Shown here piece by piece: positions 59,341-64,000 of a stretch of DNA of 64,000 nucleotides; positions within the stretch are counted from its first letter, which is position 1; each line of letters opens with the position of its first letter. This DNA comes from an archaeon (GTDB lineage: Archaea; Undinarchaeota; Undinarchaeia; Undinarchaeales; JBDRKL01). The notes under the pieces were generated by a model, which saw only the letters and a list, made by a program, of their open reading frames with translations, had not been told where the DNA came from and did not search any database. The stretch is taken from contig JBDRKL010000010.1 of assembly GCA_043814055.1 (NCBI GenBank), positions 85,433 through 149,432 on the forward strand, written 5' to 3'. The position numbers and the translations under genes are program-made.

Positions 59341-60693
59341 ATGACAAACATCACATTTCACGGCGGCGCGAATGAAATCGGCGGGAACAAGATACTTTTG
59401 GAAGAGGACAAGACCAAGCTCTACTTGGACTTTGGAGAGTCGTTCAATTTTGGCGAGGAATATTTCTACGAGTACCTGCAACCGAGAACAGTAAATGGCC
59501 TTGAGGTCATGTTTGAGTTTGATTTGATGCCCCGCACAAGCAATCTCTACAGCGAAAAAGCGCTCCAATTCGCGGACATGAAGTATGAAAAGCCAGACGT
59601 GGATGGTGTGCTCATAAGTCACAGCCACTCGGACCACATCGGCCACCTAAAATACCTTGACGAGAGCATTCCAGTCCACATGGGTCACGGCACTTACCGA
59701 TTGTGCGAGGCATATGCCAAGCTCTTCCCGCAGTTTGGGAAGCTTGGCGAGCACGGCATGAAACTTTTCAAAACCGGGGACAAGTTCAATGTGAAGAACC
59801 TTGAGGTTGAGCCAGTTCACGTTGAGCACTCGGCTCCTGCTTCTTATGGGTACATAATAAAAACGAAAACAGGGCCGCTTGTCTACACCGGAGATTTCAG
59901 GCTTCACGGCCCCACTGACTTAACAGATGATTTTATTAAAGAAGCCTCAAAGAGCAAACCACACGTAATGCTGTGCGAGGGCACACGGATGGGACGGGAG
60001 GAAGATAAGAACTACACAGAGACAGAGGTACAGGGAAAGATTGAGGGGATAATTGAAAATGCGAAGGAAAGTGTGTTTGCGTATTCCTCAATGCTTAACC
60101 TTGACCGCGTAATGTCACTCTACAACGCGGCTAAAAAGACTTCGCGGAGATTAGTAATTGACACGCGCCTTGCTTACATAATAGATAGCATGCGCGACAA
60201 GATGAAGGTTCTGCCAAACCCGCTGGAAGATGATAATATTGATGTTTATTTTAGAATGGCGAAGTCCTGCAAGTTCTGCGAGAAGGATTATTCACCCTGG
60301 GCGCGAGAATACATGGACAAAATGGTTTCGTACAAGGACCTGCGAAAAAGCCCAAAGGAATACATAATGCACCTTGGATTCTACAGGCTAATAGAGCTAG
60401 TATACATAAAACCGAAGCGCGGCGACTTTATCTTTTCACAGTCAGAGCACTTTTTTGAAGGAGAAGAAAACAAGGAGCAGAAGCAGGTCTGGGAGAACTG
60501 GATGGAGCACTATAATATTGAATTCCACAAGGCGCACTGCTCTGGGCACGCGAGCAAGGATGATATTGAAAGCACAATTAAGAAAATCAAGCCGGATGTG
60601 CTTGTCCCGATACACACAGATAACGCCGAGGCGTTTAAAGAGATTCACGATAATGTGATTATTCCGGAGAAAGGAAAGAGGGTTGAGGTGTAA
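59341..60693 (+). CDS. MBL-fold beta-CASP hydrolase (RNase J-related)
   Basis: GGANEIGGN, HSHSDH, YTGDFRLHG, EGT, HCSGHA, PIHT. Confidence 0.88.
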   Translation: MTNITFHGGANEIGGNKILLEEDKTKLYLDFGESFNFGEEYFYEYLQPRTVNGLEVMFEFDLMPRTSNLYSEKALQFADMKYEKPDVDGVLISHSHSDHIGHLKYLDESIPVHMGHGTYRLCEAYAKLFPQFGKLGEHGMKLFKTGDKFNVKNLEVEPVHVEHSAPASYGYIIKTKTGPLVYTGDFRLHGPTDLTDDFIKEASKSKPHVMLCEGTRMGREEDKNYTETEVQGKIEGIIENAKESVFAYSSMLNLDRVMSLYNAAKKTSRRLVIDTRLAYIIDSMRDKMKVLPNPLEDDNIDVYFRMAKSCKFCEKDYSPWAREYMDKMVSYKDLRKSPKEYIMHLGFYRLIELVYIKPKRGDFIFSQSEHFFEGEENKEQKQVWENWMEHYNIEFHKAHCSGHASKDDIESTIKKIKPDVLVPIHTDNAEAFKEIHDNVIIPEKGKRVEV

Positions 60694-60767
60694 GTTATTT
60701 TATAAATTATTGAATACTTTCTAAGCCCCTATATTATTTCTTAACTCCACCACTCCCTCAAGATTCT

Positions 60768-61319
60768 TCATAAACCGTTCCAAAGTGCAAGGAACAAATC
60801 TGTATATAAAACCACGATTGAAATTATGAGGATTATGCTCACCCCGACTATGAGTGTGTTGAACAAGTGCCACATGAACTTATTGTCAGTCTTGTGATGC
60901 TTCTCAAGCGCGTTGAGCATTATGTACATTGGTACTACTGCAATAAGCGTTTCAAGCACTGGAAGGTAGCTGGTTGTTGCGCTTCCCAGATAGCCAGACA
61001 ACAGCGAGTAAACCATATAACCAAGCGCAGTGCCGCCAAGATAACCGCTCACGAAGCGAATGTCATTGTCGCTCTTCCTCAGTTTGAAGTACTGCGTCAC
61101 CCAGTCAAAAGCCATTGGATAGAAGAATAGAATCAGCCAGATTGAGTTTGTATTCAGGCTGAAAAAGCCGTAGAAGAAAAGCATAATTAGGAAAGAAACC
61201 AGGAAACCGCTGTAAACGCCGAGGCAGCGCGAGCAAATGTGCAACGGCTCCTCGCAGAAGTGGTAGCACCGCTCAGGCATTTGGTGGCACACATATTTGA
61301 ACAAGTTTTTGAATTTCAT
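60768..61319 (-). CDS. DUF2085-family membrane protein
   Basis: CHQ.PER, CSRC.G.Y.G, D..TQ...LR.S.N..RF.SG. Confidence 0.85.
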   Translation of the reverse strand: MKFKNLFKYVCHQMPERCYHFCEEPLHICSRCLGVYSGFLVSFLIMLFFYGFFSLNTNSIWLILFFYPMAFDWVTQYFKLRKSDNDIRFVSGYLGGTALGYMVYSLLSGYLGSATTSYLPVLETLIAVVPMYIMLNALEKHHKTDNKFMWHLFNTLIVGVSIILIISIVVLYTDLFLALWNGL

Positions 61320-61420
61320 TAAAATAACCAGATAAAGACGATGAGGATTATCACGACGATGCAACAACAGCTGATTGGACTCTTACCATCACCCCTTGTA
61401 TTTTGCAGTAATCTTAACAT
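61319..61420 (-). CDS. 33-aa single-TM peptide
   Basis: MLRLLQNTRGDGKSPISCCCIVVIILIVFIWLF*; TAATG overlap with DUF2085 start. Confidence 0.55.
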   Translation of the reverse strand: MLRLLQNTRGDGKSPISCCCIVVIILIVFIWLF

Positions 61421-61505
61421 CTACTTCTCCACTTTTATTAAAGAGCCTGCCTATTTAAAACTAACTGCGAAATGGATATAAGCTGGCTTGGGCATAGGAA
61501 ATACA

Positions 61506-61583
61506 ATGAAAAACCTGATAACCGTGCTGAGGATAACCGGCGTGATTCTAATAGGCTTCGCTTTAGTGTGGTACATAGTATAA
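61506..61583 (+). CDS. 25-aa hydrophobic peptide
   Basis: MKNLITVLRITGVILIGFALVWYIV*; TAATG overlap with next ORF. Confidence 0.45.
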   Translation: MKNLITVLRITGVILIGFALVWYIV

Positions 61584-61855
61584 TGACAATTTCAAAAGCT
61601 GCAACAATCGGAGTATTTGTCACAATTGCGACACTAGTCCAGGGATTTGACCCAGTGTGGGCGTTTGCAATAGGCGGCATTGGAGTGACTGCGATTTACC
61701 GCGGGCTCAAGGGCTGCTTGAATTTTATCAACCCGATGGCACTCACCGGCGCAGGCGCAACAGTGCTCGTGTTCGGCTTCACAGGCGACTGGGTACCAGC
61801 GCTCGTCGGCGGAATGATTGTTTCGCTGATAGTTGGGATTCTTGTGCCGGCGTAG
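61583..61855 (+). CDS. small membrane protein
   Basis: Gly-rich hydrophobic helices with internal two-fold repeat. Confidence 0.65.
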   Translation: MTISKAATIGVFVTIATLVQGFDPVWAFAIGGIGVTAIYRGLKGCLNFINPMALTGAGATVLVFGFTGDWVPALVGGMIVSLIVGILVPA

Positions 61856-61890
61856 TTAACTTTAAATATCTCGCTGGATTACGCAGGGTT

Positions 61891-62655
61891 ATGGCAGTGA
61901 AAACAGCTACTTCTAAAATTGCCCCGGAAACCAGTTTCATAAAGAGCGGAGTCCCGGGACTTGATGACCTATTCGTAGAGAAAGGAATACGGAAAAAGAA
62001 CACGGTCCTCGTGACTGGCGCGCCTGGCACTGGAAAGAGCATACTCCTCTGGCAGTTCCTCTACAACGGCGCGATGCAGGGCGAGCCTGGCTTGCTTTTG
62101 ACAATTGAAGAGCCTGCCGAGAGGGTGAGGGAAAATGCAAAATCACTCGGAATTGATTTCACTGAACTGGAGAAGACCAAGCAAATCAAGATAATTGAGC
62201 GCCCCCTCCTCACGAAGAGTCTGTTCGGCGCTGGCGAGCTCATAGAGAACATAAAGAAGATGAAGGCAAAGCGCGTCGCGGTTGACTCGCTCACAATGTT
62301 CAAGCACCTTTACCCTCCTGAAACAACAGAGTACAGGACCGAGCTCCTCAAGTTCATGGAGTATATGAAGAATGAGGGAGTCACGATGCTCTGCAGCTCA
62401 GAAAGAGAAGTAACTGACTGGGACAACTTCGCGTATGAAGCCCAGGACTTCCTGTTTGACGGCCTTGTCGTGGTTGGCAAGATACGCAAGGGGCTGAACT
62501 ACGAGAGAATACTGAACATCGCAAAGATGCGCGGGCAGGATCACTCACTCCTAATAGCGCCGACAAAAATTGAGAAAGGCGGGATGCATGTCTATTCAAA
62601 ATCACCATCCTTCGCGATGATAGATAAGGATCTGCGAGGAGGCAAGAAAAATTAG
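61891..62655 (+). CDS. single-domain KaiC/RAD55-like ATPase
   Basis: SGVPGLD.L, GAPGTGKS, EE, RVAVDSL, KMRG. Confidence 0.9.
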   Translation: MAVKTATSKIAPETSFIKSGVPGLDDLFVEKGIRKKNTVLVTGAPGTGKSILLWQFLYNGAMQGEPGLLLTIEEPAERVRENAKSLGIDFTELEKTKQIKIIERPLLTKSLFGAGELIENIKKMKAKRVAVDSLTMFKHLYPPETTEYRTELLKFMEYMKNEGVTMLCSSEREVTDWDNFAYEAQDFLFDGLVVVGKIRKGLNYERILNIAKMRGQDHSLLIAPTKIEKGGMHVYSKSPSFAMIDKDLRGGKKN

Positions 62656-62668
62656 CAAAACTACAGGA

Positions 62669-63250
62669 TTGGCAGGAACTGAAATCTACAAGAAGATTAA
62701 GCGAGGCATTTCAGGTAATGAGGGCGGGATAACACTCCTGCTCGTGGACTCTGTGAACTACCAAAAAGCCAACCTCAGCTTGCTGCACTACCTCTCAAAC
62801 GAGAAGAATATGCCCGGCGTGTACGTCACTTTTAACAAGCCGTATAAAACCCTCAAGAAAATTCTTGAAGAGAATGGAATAAATCCAAACAAGATGATAT
62901 TCATTGACGGCATAAGTGAAGTAACTGGAACTAAAGAGCAGAATACCGCAGAGTGCTTGTATATCGGCGGGCCTGAAAAATTGACCGACGTGAGCATTGC
63001 AATGGATCACGCTGTTGAGACGCTTAGTGGCAAGGACAAGTACGCATTCCTGGATTCGCTCTCAACGCTACAAGTTTACCACGAGAGCGGGACTGTTTCA
63101 AAATTCGCGCATTTCCTCACTACAAAAATGCGGGAGTGGGGCATTGTAGGAGTCATAATAAGCATGGAAAAAGAGACTAATGAAACCCTTTTGGGCCAGT
63201 TGGTTCAGTTTTGCGACAACGTGATAACAATAGGAGGGAAAAATGTATGA
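62669..63250 (+). CDS. inactive KaiC-like domain protein
   Basis: YVT.NKP, FID.IS, FLDSLSTL..Y, QFCD; no Walker A. Confidence 0.75.
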   Translation: MAGTEIYKKIKRGISGNEGGITLLLVDSVNYQKANLSLLHYLSNEKNMPGVYVTFNKPYKTLKKILEENGINPNKMIFIDGISEVTGTKEQNTAECLYIGGPEKLTDVSIAMDHAVETLSGKDKYAFLDSLSTLQVYHESGTVSKFAHFLTTKMREWGIVGVIISMEKETNETLLGQLVQFCDNVITIGGKNV

Positions 63251-63593
63251 AGTTATTTTTGCAGCAATCATAGTCATGATTGGCTGGGTTGCAGGTTCTA
63301 TGATATATATGGGCTGGAAGGAAATGAGCCCAGGGCTCACCAAGAGAATGATGGCATGGCTGATGATTACTGTCATTGGCTGCGGGTTCCCATACGCGTT
63401 CTGGAACTTCTTCCTCTACGCAGGCGTTGTGAACATAACAAACCCATTCTACAGGGAATTGCCAGGAAACCTGCTAATGGCGCTCTTTTTCGTGCTGATG
63501 CTCAAGACAGGACATGTGGCAAAGGAGATGGGTGTGCAATATGGGTTTGCCAAGCAGAATAAGAAAGTGGAAGAAGCAATAAAGAAAGGCTGA
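63243..63593 (+). CDS. 3-TM membrane protein
   Basis: Hydrophobic helices; overlaps previous stop. Confidence 0.65.
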   Translation: MYEVIFAAIIVMIGWVAGSMIYMGWKEMSPGLTKRMMAWLMITVIGCGFPYAFWNFFLYAGVVNITNPFYRELPGNLLMALFFVLMLKTGHVAKEMGVQYGFAKQNKKVEEAIKKG

Positions 63594-63636
63594 GAGCGGC
63601 ATAAAGTATATAACCACGAGGGGACACGGAATAATT

Positions 63637-63849
63637 ATGAATGCAACCAGAGTCACGGACAAGATGCTAGGGCTGTTTTTGACAGTTGTAACAATATCTG
63701 TCCTGTTCTCAATGGCAAAATTATCAGGTTTTAGTGTCAGCGGTTTTGCAGGCACTGAGAGTGCGAACAGCGGCTTTGGAATAATTGCAGTGTTTGCGCT
63801 TTTGGCAATGGGCGCCATAGCATACTGGTCTTACAAAGCGCAGAATTAG
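63637..63849 (+). CDS. small 2-TM protein
   Basis: Two hydrophobic segments; own TATA-like box upstream. Confidence 0.55.
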   Translation: MNATRVTDKMLGLFLTVVTISVLFSMAKLSGFSVSGFAGTESANSGFGIIAVFALLAMGAIAYWSYKAQN

Positions 63850-63908
63850 GACTTTTTAAGTAGGTTACGAAAGATATATATACCAGAAAAACAGGTCTAT
63901 TTAAAACT

Positions 63909-64000
63909 ATGCGTTTGATAGGGCAAGTTCTTCATTCTTCAAAAAACAGCCGGCTTGTTCTCCGTACGGACTGCGTTCCAAAGGGAAACGAACGGGTTTA
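63909..64000 (+). CDS. gar1: H/ACA RNP protein Gar1, N-terminus (truncated by window end)
   Basis: MRLIGQVLHSSKNSRLVLRTDCVPKGNERV resembles archaeal Gar1 N-termini. Confidence 0.65.
   Translation, partial: MRLIGQVLHSSKNSRLVLRTDCVPKGNERV

Overview
Core-chromosome segment of an archaeon, probably a small-genome DPANN-type lineage (inference from gene set, many apparently leaderless genes and non-canonical tRNA introns). It holds the rpoH-rpoB''-B'-A'-A''-L30e-nusA-S12-S7-EF2-EF1a-S10 cluster, L18e-L13-S9-rpoN, Sm-L37e-S8e, MetRS, ProRS, mre11/rad50, a divergent nurA-herA cluster, anaerobic RNR, glyA, a KaiC-like module, nine tRNAs and a lone 5S rRNA. The strongest unexplained signal is a dispersed family of short non-coding insertions built from shared hairpin modules. 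They sit at the 5' or 3' ends of genes (DUF63, rpsJ, rpl37e, EF-2, an HTH regulator, a membrane protein, several tRNAs). At each site one copy of the gene end is stranded and a second copy completes the gene; in protein genes the two copies differ mostly by silent substitutions. The same modules make up two long T-loop tRNA introns. No enzyme for this is identifiable in the window. Also notable: a MetRS-B3/4 fusion, a wHTH-NrdD fusion, and two tRNAs with C33. All calls are by eye and coordinates were counted by hand.
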